A stretch of DNA of 64,000 bases from positions 2,916,658 through 2,980,657 of the forward strand of contig CAVZSV010000004.1 in the NCBI GenBank assembly GCA_963778115.1. The letters are read 5' to 3'. Position 1 is the stretch's first letter, and every line of letters starts with the position of its first letter. A model generated the notes under the pieces. It did not search any database. It was not told the origin of the DNA and was given only the letters and a program-made list of their open reading frames with translations. The translations under genes were made by a program, and so were the position numbers. This DNA is from an uncultured delta proteobacterium. GTDB lineage: Bacteria > Bdellovibrionota > FAC87 > UBA2466. Below, piece after piece: positions 31,401 to 44,351 of this stretch.

Positions 31401-34303
31401 ACAGCTCGAGCGTACCGGCCACCAACTGGGCGAGCCCGAGATAGACGAAGCTCTTTCGCCGTATGAACCGCGTCGCCCCAGTTGCGCAGGGAAGCCGAGC
31501 AGCCAGACCAGTCCCGTGCGTCCATGTAATCCCCTGGTCGGGCAACGCCAGCCAATCGGCGATCAACGTCAGGGAGAAGATGAACCGCGGCAAGGCCGTC
31601 ACGAAGACCTCGGACGGACGAAGGGCCGGCTCGCCGACGATGACCGATGTCTCTGCCGGGATCCGGTATGGACCGCGAACGCAGGAGGAGGAGCTCGGCC
31701 ACGGCCAGGAAAGCCAGCGCGTCGCCGATCAGGAGGAGTCCGTATTCGGAGGCCGTGATGTATCTCCCACCGGTCGCGAGCGAGAGGCCGCAGATCGTGA
31801 GCTCCAGGAAACAGAAGAGCGTCACGGCGGCCCGGACGATCCACGGGTCGTTCGCGGTTCAACTCGAGGCGCAAGGGAGCCGATGAGCAGGAACGCGACC
31901 GCTGCACCGATCGAATTCGGACCCTTGGCGACGATGAAGAGCGTCGCGGCGACCATCGCGATGGCCTCGAGTCCCCGGCGCCCATCGTCCATGGGAGACC
32001 GTACACATCGGCCACATCGAGGCGTTGCAGGATCTTGCAGATCCCCAGAATCCCCAAGCGATCGCGGCGGCCAGCATGGCCTGATCGGCGACGGTCACGC
32101 CTGGGATCAAGGATGACCCGAAGTAGGCGGCCCCGGTGAGCGAGGCGATCGCCAGGAACGCAACGCGGGCACGGCGAAGATCCCGATCGCCAGGGCGAAC
32201 AGGACGGTATAGCCCGACAGGCAGATCGCCCCGGCGAGCGGCTCGAATCCGCTGCTACAGGCACGCGACGATCGCCAACGGCACTCCGATGTAGTGGCAA
32301 TGCTTCGCCAGCCGGTCGTCCTTCCAGCCTTGCTGAACCAGGCCGAGAGCAGGGCCAGCGCGGGATTGAAGGCCAGGCCGAGGAGCGAGAGGAAGGCCCA
32401 TGGCAGGGCGATCCCGATAGCCGAGGCATGCCGCAGGAGTCGATCAGCATGCGGATCCGGTCGGCGAGGAAATAGTGGGCCCCGACGCGGGCCGCCACGA
32501 GCGCCCCGATCGACAGATAGAGGAACGCCGGCTGGCGCTCGCGACGGAGCGACGCGGCATAGAGGGCGAACCCGAGCAGGCCGACGGCGATCGTGTTCCC
32601 GCTGAACAGGGCCGAATGGAACGGGGGAGCGGCGCAGCGCCAGTCGCGAAGGCCAGGCCCGAGAGCACGTAGCCGCCGAGCCGGATCCGGGCGACTCTGC
32701 GGGCGTCGGACTCATAAGGGGCCAGCTGCCGCGCGGCGAGGACCGAGGCGATGGCCGCCAGCATGACCGGCACTGCGTAGAGGGCCGGCTCGAGGTCGAG
32801 CGCATGGACCCCGATCCGGATCGATGCAGGCCAGGACGGCGAAGCCCAGCAGGCCGAGCACCAGGATGGCGAAATGCCGATGTTCTTCGCGCGGAGTCCC
32901 CCCATCGCCGAGCGCCCGAGGCCCACGACCGCGCCCAGGAACACCACCGCCGGGCGCCTGGAACGCGGCGAACTGCCAGCCCCAGGGCACGGGCGACCCC
33001 CGGGCGGTCGCCACGCTGCCGACGCTCAGGAGCAGCAGCGCGGCGGTGAGGAACCGCGCCTCGGCACGCGGCACGAGCATCCCGCCGACGATCCGCACCA
33101 GTGCCAGCGAGCGCCAGCCCGTCGATGGCCGCGACGACCAGCCGCGTCGGCGGACGGCTCCATCAGCAGCTTGAACTCGCCCGCCAGCATGAAATGGATC
33201 GGCACGACGATCAGGGTCGTCACGAGCATCATCTGCCCGGCGCGCGTCGGCCCCCCAGCGGATCAGGCCCCTTCCCAGCGCGGCGAAGAGGATCGTCCAG
33301 ACCAGGGCCAGCGCGCACTTGCCCGCCGGCTGCCAGAGGAGTCGGCCCGAGCAGCAGGTGCGCCCCGAAGGTCGAGCTGACCACGATCAGGAGCACGGCC
33401 AGGCAGAGGATCAGCTTCTGCCAGTGCTCCTCGAGGAACTCGGCGGCGAAGCTCGACCACGAGAATGGCGGCGGCGGCTCGGCGATCGACGCCGACGCTG
33501 CAACTCCCCGGCGAGCGATCGGCCAGCCGTCGCGGACTCGCCGGACTTCCCGGTCATGCCGCCGACGACCTGGCGGGTCTTGAGCGTCTGCACCCACCGC
33601 GACCAGGTCGGGATCGACGGCTGCAAGCTCGCCAGGGATTCGTAGAACTCGAGCGCCTCGTCGAGCTGGCCCAGCCGCTGATGGGCATAGGCGGCGATGG
33701 TCATGGCCTCGATCTGGCGGGGCCGGACGGGAGGACCTCCACGCAGAGCTCGATGGCCTCGGCGTCGCGGCGATGCGTCCAGGCGCGATCCGCGCCTCGG
33801 TCCAGTCTGCTCGGCGACCGCCTGGTCTTCGCAGGTGCCTGCTCGGCCCGGCGTTGCCGCGCCTCGGCCCGCTCGGCCTTCTGCGCCGAGGAGTCGATCC
33901 AGTTTGTGCTGAAGCTGGGGAAAGGCTCCGACGGCCTCGGTACAAACGGCGATGGCCCGGTCGTCCTCCTCGGTCTCCCAGAGAAGGTCGATGGGCATGA
34001 CCCGGGCTTCGAGGCGAGACGGATCGAGCTGCAGCACGCTCGGCCCAGACCAGGGCCTCGCCCGGCCGATTCCTGGCGAGGGTCTTCGCGCGACCCATCG
34101 CGGCCTGGTATCGCCCCTGGTGCTCGATCACTCCCGTGCGCCGCGATCCCGTCGGCGACGATCGTCCGTCGAGGAATCGGCTGCGATCCGGCCCCGCTCG
34201 AGAAGGCTTTCAGTCGACCTGGTCGAGATAGTCGAGGTGCCGCCAGCTCTTCGCGCTCGTCGTCCGACAGGAGGGGCTCGATCGCGGGCTGCTCGGCGGA
34301 CAT
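28409..34303 (-). CDS. Very large polytopic membrane protein with N-terminal TPR-like region (frameshifted)
   Basis: Contiguous hydrophobic fragments: FLEEHWQKLILCLAVLLIVVSS, LIVVPIHF, DHPQFYLIPVG, FVALNEKKRI; TPR-like AYAHQRLGQLDEALEFY. Confidence 0.75.
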
Positions 34304-34345
34304 GTCGGTGACAGCTCCCTTCTCCCGGCGACTGTCCGGGTGGGT

Positions 34346-35372
34346 CTAAGGCGCACGTTGAAGTCGGATGGCCTCCTGCCGCAACTCCTGGTCCAGTCGT
34401 CGAGGTCGCCGAAATGCGACCTGGGCATCCTCCAGCCGACGCCTCTTGTCCTTCCGGCCTTCGGAGGGTCTCCAGGTAGGCGCGGAATTGCGGCAGGCGA
34501 TCGGCATCCGCATCAGGTGATAGACCAGCAGCCAGCTCTCGGCGTAGCCGAGCATCCGGGATCCGAGTTCGGCGGATACCAGGCGCGATCGTCCGCCAGG
34601 AGGTCCGACGCGGGGATCCACTGCGTCCCGCCGCCGGAGATGGGCCAGTTCCTCGAGCCTCCGCAGGTTGGTCTGGCCCGGCTCGCTCCGGCCGAACAGC
34701 CGGCGCCGCTCGCAATACATGGCGAGCCCTTCGACGACGCAGAGCGGGATGTCGGACCTCTGCGCGACGAGCAGCCCGGTGTTGAAGCAGAGCTGGTGCG
34801 TCGCCTCGTGGGTCAGGGTCTCCATGTTGGTCTGCCCGGACGCGTAAGGATACATGGGCACGTTGCGGAAGTCGAAGAGCGCCAGCCAGTTGGACGCGAG
34901 GCTGTAGAAGCCCATCGTGCCCGGCGGACGCGTTCTCGGCGAACCGGAGGAACGGCCGCTCATCACGGAAGACGATGAGCGTCAGGCGGCGTCCGGGCAG
35001 CTTGACGTCGAAGCCCTTGGCGCGGAAGTGGGTCGAAAGCCGACCGCCATCTGCTCGCAATCCGAGAGCGTCAGCTTGATGAACGCCTCGGAGGCGTCGC
35101 CGATCGCCTGGTAATGCGCCGAGTCGCGATCGGCACGAGCGGGTGGTCGTGGCCTCTGCGCCAGGGCCTCGGCGCGGTTGAGTTCTTCGGCGGCCGCTCC
35201 GGCCCTCGTCGGCCGGTTCGCCGCGGGAGCCGGGCTCACCCCGCATCGCCCGACCTCCGGCGCCGAGCGCCGCGCGGCCCGCCGCCAGCCGATCCAGCGA
35301 CGACTGGCCACCGATCGGTGAGGCCCGTCGTCGCGATTCGTCCGGTGCGCGATCGAATGTGCGTCGCTCCAC
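34346..35372 (-). CDS. DUF1570 zincin-like protein (frameshifted)
   Basis: GFYSLASN, TLTHEATHQLCFNTG, VVEGLAMYCE, YAESWLLVYHL. Confidence 0.85.
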
Positions 35373-35822
35373 GCTCGGCCCGACATCCGCGTCCCTCTAT
35401 GCCCGCGGAGTGGATCGCCTCTCCGCCAGACATTATGGATCGAGAAGGCCTGCGGGAATCACGACAATAACCGGCCGAAAACGGCGGCGGCCTCGCGGAT
35501 CGCGGACGAAATCAGTTCCCGGGGCGGTAGGGCGGGACTGACCCGCATCCCTTTCTGATGATCAAACCACGCGGACGTGTGCCATCGGGTCCGCGAATGC
35601 CCCAGGATTGCCGGCGGACGAGTATCGACTTCGATGGGACGAGGGACGCGGAGATACAATGGCCTCCTGCGGCGTTGTCCCGCGGTAGGCGGACGGATAC
35701 TTTCGCAACGGACGGTGAGGCCGGGGATGGGCTTGCGGTAGCCGGACCACGTGAGGCCGGGCGATGCGGTCGCGGGGTCACGGACCCGGCTCCAATGGGT
35801 TCACGACGAACGAGGTGGGCCG

Positions 35823-36456
35823 ATGAACGGTGACGAAGAGCGGTTCGGTCACGTGCTGGCTGGGCAACCTGAAGGAGGGCGACCTCGCGGCGGCGCAGCC
35901 GCTCTGGGAGCGCTATTTCTCCCGGCTGGTCGCCGTGGCGCGCGGGAAATTGAAGAAGGTGCGCCGGGCCTCGGCCGGCGAGGACGAGGAGGACGCGGCG
36001 CTCAGCGCCTTCAACAGCTTCTGCGGCGGCGATCGCGCGGGGCCGGTTTCCCCAGCTCGCCGACCGCGACGACCTCTGGAAGCTGCTGGTCGTGATCACG
36101 GCGCGCAAGGCCATGGCCCAGGCCCAGCGCGAGGGGCGGCAAGAAGCGCGGCGGCGGCCGGGTCGTGGACGAGGCCGTCCTGTTCGGGCAGGGGCCGGCG
36201 GCGAGGGCTCGATCGCCGGCCTCGAGCGGATCGCCGGCGAGGGGCCCACCCCCGAGTTCGCCGCGATGATGGCCGAGGAATGCGAGCGCCTGCTCGACTC
36301 GCTCGACGACGACTCGCTCCGCCAGGTCGCCCTCAGCCGGATGGAGGGCTACACGAACGACGAGATCGCCGACCAGCTCGGCTGCGCCGCCGGACGATCG
36401 CGCGGCGGCTCGACCTGATCCGCAAGACCTGGATGTCGCTCGTCGAGGAGGGCTGA
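35823..36456 (+). CDS. ECF sigma factor (planctomycete kinase-associated type), frameshifted
   Basis: GSVTCWLGNLKEGD..AQPLWERYFSRL, DEEDAALSAF, RMEGYTNDEIA. Confidence 0.9.
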
Positions 36457-38322
36457 TGAGTCGCCGACCGCCCCGAATCGCGACGCCGACGACTCGCTGG
36501 CCGCGGCCCGGGCGATCAACCGGTGCTGCGAGGCGTTCGAGGCGGCCTGGCGCGCCGGCGAGCGGCCCGCGATCGCCGAGTACCTCGAGCGAGCCGCCGG
36601 CACGACCGCGACCGCGCTGTTCCGCGAGCTGCTGGCCCTGCGAGATCGGAGCTCCGCCGCGAGCGCGGCGAGACGCCCGAGCCGCCGAGCGAGTACGCGC
36701 GCGCGAGTTCCCCGATCGCGGCGAGGCGGTCGCGGCCGTCTTCGCCGAGCTCGAGACGCGACCGTGCCGGGTCGCGCCTGGCCTGGCGCGACCGCCGGGT
36801 CGACGGTCGCGCCGACGCCATCGCCCGGACCCGACGGTGTCCACGCCCGCCCGGGATCGCCCAGATCACGCCGGCCGATCGGCGATTACGAGCTGATCGA
36901 GGAGATCGCCCGCGGCGGCATGGGCGTCGTCTACCGGGCCCGGCACAAGGGCCTGAAGCGGCACGTCGCGCTCAAGATGATCCTCTCCGGCCCGATGGCC
37001 ACCGACGAGGAACGCCAGCGGTTCCTCCGCGAGGCCGAGCTGGCGGCGAACCTCGATCACCCCAACATCGTCCCGATCTACGAGGTCGGCGAGCACGACG
37101 ACCGCCCGTATTTCTGCATGAAGCTGGTCGAAGGGGAGAGCCTGTCCCGCGCTCGGCCGGCCGGTTCCGGCCGATCCCCGCGCCGCCGCCCGTCTGGTCT
37201 CGATCCTGGCCCGCGCCGTGCACTACGCCCACGGACGGGCTTCCTCCACTGCGACCTGAAGCCCTCGAACGTCCTGCTCGACGGCCAGGGCCGGCCCTAT
37301 CTGACCGACTTCGGCCTGGCGCGACGGGCCGGCGAGGACAGCTCGCTCTCGATCAGCGGGGCGATCCTGGGCACGCCGAGCTACATGGCGCCCGAGCAGG
37401 CCACCGGCTCGCGGGCGGGCTCGGCCCCGCCACCGACGTGTATGGCCTGGGCGCATCCTCTACGAGCTGCTCACCGGCCGGCCCCGTTCCGCTCGCCGAC
37501 GATCATGGAGACCGTCGTCCAGGTCCTCGAGCGCGACCCCGCCCCGCCGCGGCGAGCTCCGCCCGGAGATCCCCCGGGAACTGGAGAGCATCTGCCTCAA
37601 GTGCCTGGAGAAGTCCCCGAAGGACCGATATCCGACCGCCGAGGCCCTCGCCCACGAGCTGGACAACTACCTCCAGGGCGACGGCATCGAGGCCGACCGG
37701 CATCCTCTCGCGGCTCCGACGCTGGAACCGCCGCGAGCCCGAGCTGGTCGCCCGGCTGGGCGGCCTGGGCCTGATGGCCCTCATCACCCAGATCAACTAT
37801 CTACATTCTCGCCGGAGCCGGACTTCCGGCTCCACTGCCATGATCCAGGCCGTGCTCGGCTTCTGGGCCGTGCTCGTCGCTCGCTGTTCCAGATGCTCCT
37901 ACGCTCGGGGTTCCGGTCGGATCGGGTGCCGCGTGCTCTGGTCGGCGGCGGACATCGTCTGCCTCACGATCGAGCTCAAGCTGCTGGAGACGACGACCCG
38001 GCCTGCGAGGCCGGCATCCGTCATGGGCGTCGAGACGACGCTGCTGGTCGGCTATCCGCTGCTGATCGCGGCCTCGGGCCTCTGGTGGCGCGTCCACCTG
38101 GTCTGGATCACCACGGCTGATGGCCATGCTCGCCTTCGCTGGGCTCTACGTCGACGCGGCCTCTGGCGATGACGGCCGGCTCGTCCTGGCGGCCCAGCCC
38201 GGATCTGATCCATCCCAACATCTTCCTGGCCGGCTCTGATCCTGACCGGCTACGTCGTCGTCCGACAGGTCAAGCGGATCCTGGCGCTGGGCCGCTATTA
38301 CGAGCATCGGCCCGAAATGTGA
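36456..38322 (+). CDS. Ser/Thr protein kinase with C-terminal TM domain, frameshifted
   Basis: IARGGMGVVY, VALK, HCDLKPSNVLL, DFGLA, GTPSYMAPEQ. Confidence 0.93.
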
Positions 38323-38343
38323 ACGTGGTCAGCGCGTGGTCGA

Positions 38344-39311
38344 TCAATGGCGCTCGACGGTCGCACTGCCGGCATGCGACTCGCAAATGCGGCGTGTCTC
38401 CTCGACGTCGGCGCCGGACTTGTCGGAGCAGTTCGTCCAGGCCGGCGAAACGCCGGGTGTCGCGGAGCCGCTCGAGGAAATCGAGCTCGACCCGGTTTGC
38501 CGTAGAGGTCGCCCGAGAATCCGAGCAGGTGGGCCTCGACCTTGCGGGCCTGCTCGCCGAAGTCGGGTTCGGGCCGATGTTGCAGGCGGCGGGCTAGGAC
38601 GGGCCGCGGCCGTCGACACAGGCCCGGGCGGCGTAGACGCCGTCGGCCGGGATCAGGGTGTCGATCTCGACGAGGTTGGCGGTCGGGAAGCCCAGGCCCG
38701 GCGCCTCGGCCGGCGCCGTGGCCGACGACGCCCCGGATCCGGTGCGGCCGGCCCAGCAGGCGCGCGCCTCCTCGACGCGACCCCGCTCAGGCAGCTCCCG
38801 GCGGATGCGCGACGAGGAGACGAGCTGGCCGTCGATCCGCGTCCCCTCGACGACCTCGAAGTCGATCCCCGCCTCGGCACACCAGTCGCCCAGGATCGTC
38901 GACGTTCCCCGCCGGTCGTGCCCGAACGCGAAGTTCGGGCCCTCGACCATGCCCTCGCGCGCGAGCTGCTCGCGGATGACCCGATCGAAGAACTCGCGGG
39001 CCGAGAGCTCCAGCAGCCAGGGGCCGGTCCGGAACACGCCGACCTCGGTCGCGCCGGCCTCGCGCAGGAGCTCGATCTCGCGTTCGGGCCAGACCAGCGG
39101 GCACGGGCGCCTCGTCGGGCCGCAGCAGGTCGCCGGGATGCGGGTCGAAGGTGATCGCCAGGGCGGGGACGCCGGCCGCGTCGGCCTTCGCGCCGCAGCC
39201 GGCGCGAGGAGATGCTGATGTCCCCGATGCACGCCGTCGAAGTTGCCGACGGTCACGATAGGCGCCGCGAGCCCTGGCGGGAAACTCACGAACGTTCTCG
39301 ATCGCGATCAC
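38344..39311 (-). CDS. ribF: Bifunctional riboflavin kinase/FAD synthetase, frameshifted
   Basis: GNFDGVHRGHQ, VEGPNFAFG, VSSSRIR, LGFPTANL, GVYA. Confidence 0.93.
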
Positions 39312-39526
39312 CAACGTGCGGCCCCTCGCTCGAGCCCGCGACACCGACCCGTCGACCGGAACACCCTTGAACGGGCGGCCCTCGCACGGAGATCATTATC
39401 GCCTCCCCCGCGAAGGGCCGGTCAATCCTCGCCGCGGGCGCCCTGCCGACCGAGCACCGTCGCGGTCGACCGACGTCCGATGATGATCACGGCTCGATCG
39501 GAAGCACGAGGAGCGATCGGCAGACG

Positions 39527-40742
39527 ATGAAGTTCTGATCCTGGGCGACGGCGACGAGGAGCTGCGCCTGGGCCCGCTGGCTGCTGGGCCGGCCCGAGCA
39601 TCGGCTCGACGCGGCCTTTCCGGGTTTCGCCGACCCGTCGATGGCCGGTATCCCGACGCCGCGCGACCTCGACGACGCCCTGGCCCGCCCCGGGCTGGAC
39701 GCGGTCATCGTCGGCGGCCCGATCGAATCGCGGGGCGAGTCGCTCCGCCGCGCCGCCGCCGAGGGGCTCGCGCATCGTCTGCCTGCACCCGCCCGGCCCG
39801 GACTCCGAAGCCTATTACCAGGTCGCGCTGAGCCGCGAGGAGACCGGCGCCGACGATCGTGCCCGACCTGCCGCTTGCGGCTCCATCCGGGCGTGACGGC
39901 CCTGCGCCAGGCGCTCTGTCGGCGGCGAGCTCGGCACGTTCCGCGGCCTGCGGATGGAGTCGCCTCGGCCGATCCGCACGGCACGGAGCCTGGTCCGCGT
40001 CGCTTTCGCCCGCGCGGTCGACGTCGGTCCGCGCGCTCGCTCGGCGAGGTCGAGGCCCTCACCGCCACCGGCGACCCGCCGGGCGAGGATCCCGACTACG
40101 AGCTGGTCGTCCAGCTCCGCGCGGCCGGGTCGCGACGGGCCGAGGTCCGCATCCGATCGCGGGCCGTCGAGCCGGCGCGGCTCACACTCCTGGCGGTCGA
40201 TCGGATCGCTGACCCTCGAGATCGACCCGGCCGATGCTGCGGCAGGCCGCGATTGATCCGGCACGTCGGCCGCCTGCCCGGCGAGCGACGTCGAGCTCGC
40301 CGCCCTGGGACCCGCACGAGGCCATCCTCGCGGTGCTGGCCGCCTCGATGGGCCGGCACGCGGCGCGCGAGCTGCCCTCGCCCGAACCTGCTCGACGGCA
40401 CCCGCGCCATGGAGCTGTCCGAGGCGGCCGGCCGGAGCCTGCCGCCGCGGCCGGACGGTCGAGATCCATTACGAGTCGATCAGCGAGGAGGCCAACTTCA
40501 AGTCGGTCATGACCTCGACCGGCTGCATGATCTTCCTCGCGCTGCTCCTCGTCCTGCCCCTCGCGATGGCCGGCCCGCCGCTCGGCCTGACATGGACCCT
40601 CTATCATCCCCTACCTCATCCTGCCCGGCACTCGTCCTCTTCGTCCTCCTGCAGACCCTGCGCCTGGCGATCCGGTCGGCCGCGGGTGCGACCGAGATCC
40701 TGTACGGATCGAGCTCCAGACGGCGCGATCGAGCGTCGATGA
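39527..40742 (+). CDS. Gfo/Idh/MocA-like oxidoreductase with C-terminal TM helices, frameshifted
   Basis: Rossmann-like start, DLDDALARPGLDAVIV, DGTRAMELSEA, EEANFKSVMTSTGC. Confidence 0.65.
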
Positions 40743-40792
40743 GATCGTCGGCGAGACGCGATTCGCCGAGAGGATCGAGCGCCGACGGCGAC

Positions 40793-41832
40793 TCACGCCG
40801 CCTTGCCGGTCCCGGCCGCCGGGACGCTGCCCGGCAGCTCGCGGAAGCTGTCGAGGCTCTTGCGGAACTCGGGCGCGAGCCCGTCGAACCGCTCGGACTC
40901 GACCGTGAACTTCACCTCGTAATCGAAGCGGTCGCCGCGGAACCGCCGTTCGATCGACGGTCATCGAGAAAGGGCCCGCGGCGGGTGCGGACGACCGTCT
41001 CGAGCGCCTGCGCCCTTGTCGCTGCGGCACGACCTTGCACGAGAGGACCTCGCAGTTCGGCTCCTCCTGGCGGAGCTGGTCGGGGAGGTCCCTGGCCAGC
41101 TCGTCGAGGTCGAGGTCGCGATGGGCTGGGCCAGCACGAGCAGGTTGTCGGACCAGATCGCCGTGCGGCGGGCCGTTGGCGAAGAGCAGGGCGACCTCGC
41201 TCGGCGCGAGCACCGGGCTCCAGCCCTCGGGCAGGTCGAGCGCGAACTTGTACTCGCGCTGGAGCCAGCGGTTCGTCGGCTTCGCCAGCAGGTCGGCGCC
41301 GGTGTTCGGCGGCGTGAACGTCGTCGCCGGCGACCAGCGCGTCGAACGCGGGCCGGGCCTTCGGCGTAGGTCGGAATCCTCGACGTTGAGGATGAACGTG
41401 TAGAGCTGCCGGTTGGCGACGACGCGGACGCTCACCTCGCGCCAGAAGCCGCCCGCGCGGGATGGAACTCCCAGATCGTCTCGAGCCGCTCGCCCTCGGC
41501 GTCCTTGACGATCCGGTTCTCGCGAGCTTGCCGTTGGGCCGGCCGTTCCGCTTGGCGTTCGCGTCGATCCGCGTCCGATAGTCGTCGAGGCTCTCGGGCG
41601 CCAGCGCCAGCTCGCAGGCGGCGACGCCCGGCCGGTCGAAGTCCTTCTGGGGGATGATCGCCACGAAGATCCGGTCGTCCTTCTCGCGCATCGGCGATCG
41701 TCCAGTCCTTGGGGATCCGCGTCGCCAGCGCCGTACTTCGGGGCCTCGAACGGCTCGGTGGGCAGACGGGCTCGGGCGGCCGGGATCGGCGGCCGAGCAC
41801 GATCATGGCATGCGAGACGAACATCGAGGCAT
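40793..41832 (-). CDS. Secreted hypothetical protein (two PsbP-like repeats), frameshifted
   Basis: Fragments RIPKDW.., ACELALAPESL, YKFALDLPEGWSP. Confidence 0.55.
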
Positions 41833-41880
41833 GATCACGCGCGAATCCGTTCGATCGCCAGCGATCGTCGCGTCGGGTCC

Positions 41881-43780
41881 TCACATATCCCGGATGAAAT
41901 CCGCCGCGTACGACCGGACCGTGCTTGCCGTTGAGGACGTGGAACGTCCGCAGCCGCTCGAGGAGCTGGCCGCTGAACCGCTTCAGCGGCAGGTGGACGA
42001 TCTTGCGGCCGAACCGCCGGGCCAGCCGCCGCCAGCGACGCCGGCGGGATCTTGGGGCTGACGACCGCGACGTGCCGTTCCCGGCTGTGCAGGAACGCCG
42101 CGGCGAGCAGCCGCTCTTCCAGCGTGTCGGTGAAGTCGAGCCGCGGGTCGGTCCAGACGTCGGGGATCGGCCGCGGCGGGAAGAGGAACAGCGCCCCGCC
42201 GTACTCGGCCTGCGCGATCCCCGGGCCGACCAGGTTCTTCATCGGGTCGGTGGCGTAGAAGGCCAGCGTCGATTCCTCGGCGTGCTCGGCGTACCAGGTC
42301 GTGCGGTTGGTGTAGACCTCGGGGTCGGCCGGGACGTCGAACAGGAAGACGACGACCTCGATCGAGCCCCGGCTCGGGCGGGACGACCTTCACGTACAGG
42401 TCGCCGGTGTGCCAGTTCCGCAGGGTCTCGCGGATGTCGATGCCGTCGCGTGACGCTGGTCGTGAACTTCTCGGTGCGGGCCAGGTCGGCGCCGAGGATC
42501 GCCTTGGCCTGGTCGCGGACGTGGCGGTGGAAGCTCTCGATCCGGTCGTCCTCCGGCGGCCAGGAGCACATGCCGAACGGGTTCCAGCGCTGCCGCCACC
42601 GCGTCTGGTCGTCGCGTCGGCGGGCTGCGGCCGCAGCTCGCAGGTCCGCCAGGACAGCGCCTGGCCCGGCAGCCGGCTGACCATCGGGCCGGCGCCCCAG
42701 ACGGGCACGCTCGGCCTGGTCGATCCCCATCCGCAGCAGGCCGGGCTCGTCGAACTCGATCGGCTCGGCTCGTCCTCGGCGACTCGGCGTACGGGATACT
42801 CGCGGGCCGTCTCGGCCAGCGCCAGGGCGAAGTCGTCGCCGGCCGTCTGCTTGGCGGCGACGACCAGCGTGTACAGGTCGGGCGTCAGCCGGCGGTCGAT
42901 CAGCGACAGGTTGCGGACGTAGCGGAAGAAGACCGAGAGCAACTGCGGCGTGATCCGCTGCGGCGATCTTGGGATGCTTCGCCCGCAGCCGCTCGCGGGC
43001 GTCCAGCACCATCTCCTTGACGCCGTCGACCGAGAGGTTGTCGTCGGGCGTCAGCTCGCGGCGGCCGCGCTCGTAGAGGCCGGTGATGTAGGGCAGTTCG
43101 CCCAGCGCGAAGATCAGCGTGCGCGGGATCGACCGCGGAAGGTCTGGATCGGCGCGAAGAACGGCTCGGGCTCGCGGCGGCTCGAGCCGGCGCTGGTAGG
43201 CGTCGCGGATCCAGGGCCAGTCGAGGAGCGAGCAGACGAAGAGGATCGAGCGATAGCTGCGATTCCAGCTCGCGCAGCCGCGCGGCCATCCAGGCGATGC
43301 GGTCGGCGTGCTGGCCCGGGCGGCGGCGGCGGGATGGCCGCCAGGATCGCCGCGGCGAACGCTCGGGGCTGACCCGCTTGAGGGCGTACGGGTCGGGAAA
43401 GACGCCGGTCACCGAGCTCGAACCGCGGCGTCTCCAGGTCGATGAACTCGCGCGCGATCCGCTCGCCGCATCGCCGTCCGGAGCGCCGCGATCACGCCCT
43501 GGCAGGGATCGATCGGCACGTAGCTGAAGCCCGGCTCGCGCTCCGTCGTCGTCGCCGTCGTCGTCTCGGCGTCGACCTGCACGACGACCGAGATCGCCGG
43601 CAACCGCTCGACGGCCGCCTCGACGTCGTCCTGAAACGACGGCGGCAGCGGCACCGCCACGCAATCGTACGGCCGGCTCAGCAACTCCTCGCGGACCTGG
43701 ATCGCGAAGTCGCCCGAGCCGTGGATGATCGGCAGGACCCGGATTCGCGGGCCGATCGTCAGGAAATCGTCGGACGTCAC
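41881..43780 (-). CDS. Conserved MoxR-associated protein (YehM/TraB-like N-terminus, DIRETLR motif), frameshifted
   Basis: VLPIIHGSGDFA..DCVAVPLP, RIAWMAARLREL, CSWPPEDDRIE, GIDIRETLRNWH, FHVLNG..VRSYA. Confidence 0.7.
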
Positions 43781-44351
43781 GTGGCCGCTTGCTCATTCGA
43801 CTCGTTCTCCCGAAGGATCCGTGGCCGACTCATCCTAGCCTGACCTGCTCCGCCTCGCCGGCCCGCGACCCGGGCGATCCATGCGCCGATCCGTCGCGCG
43901 GGGCGCTCCGCACGATGCGACTCCTGGACGCTCGGCCCGCCTACCGGATGCAGAGCATCTGAAACGCCTCGCCGTGATTCTCAAGCAAAGCGGGCCGGGA
44001 CCGTCGGGATGTCGCCTGACTTACCCTTGGAGCGGATGATCGCCTCGGATCGGTCGTGTGAGAATGGTCACGGTTGTTGCGTGCATCGTCCGCCGATGTA
44101 CTGCGACCGCGGTCGTTGGGACGACCGGCGGTCATCCATCGCGACCGCCGGCTCGCGATCGTCCTCGCGCCTCCGTCTCCCGTTCGCGGTGCGCGCGAAG
44201 CTCGCGAGCCGGCGACCTCTCACCCGCCGCCTCCTGCCGATCAGAGTCCCGCTCGGCGGCGATCGACGCGCGGCCGCGGAGATGTCAACCGATGGGGAGT
44301 CGTCCCTGCGATGTGATTGAGCTCGATCCTCGACAGTGAGGAGCTCGGTCC

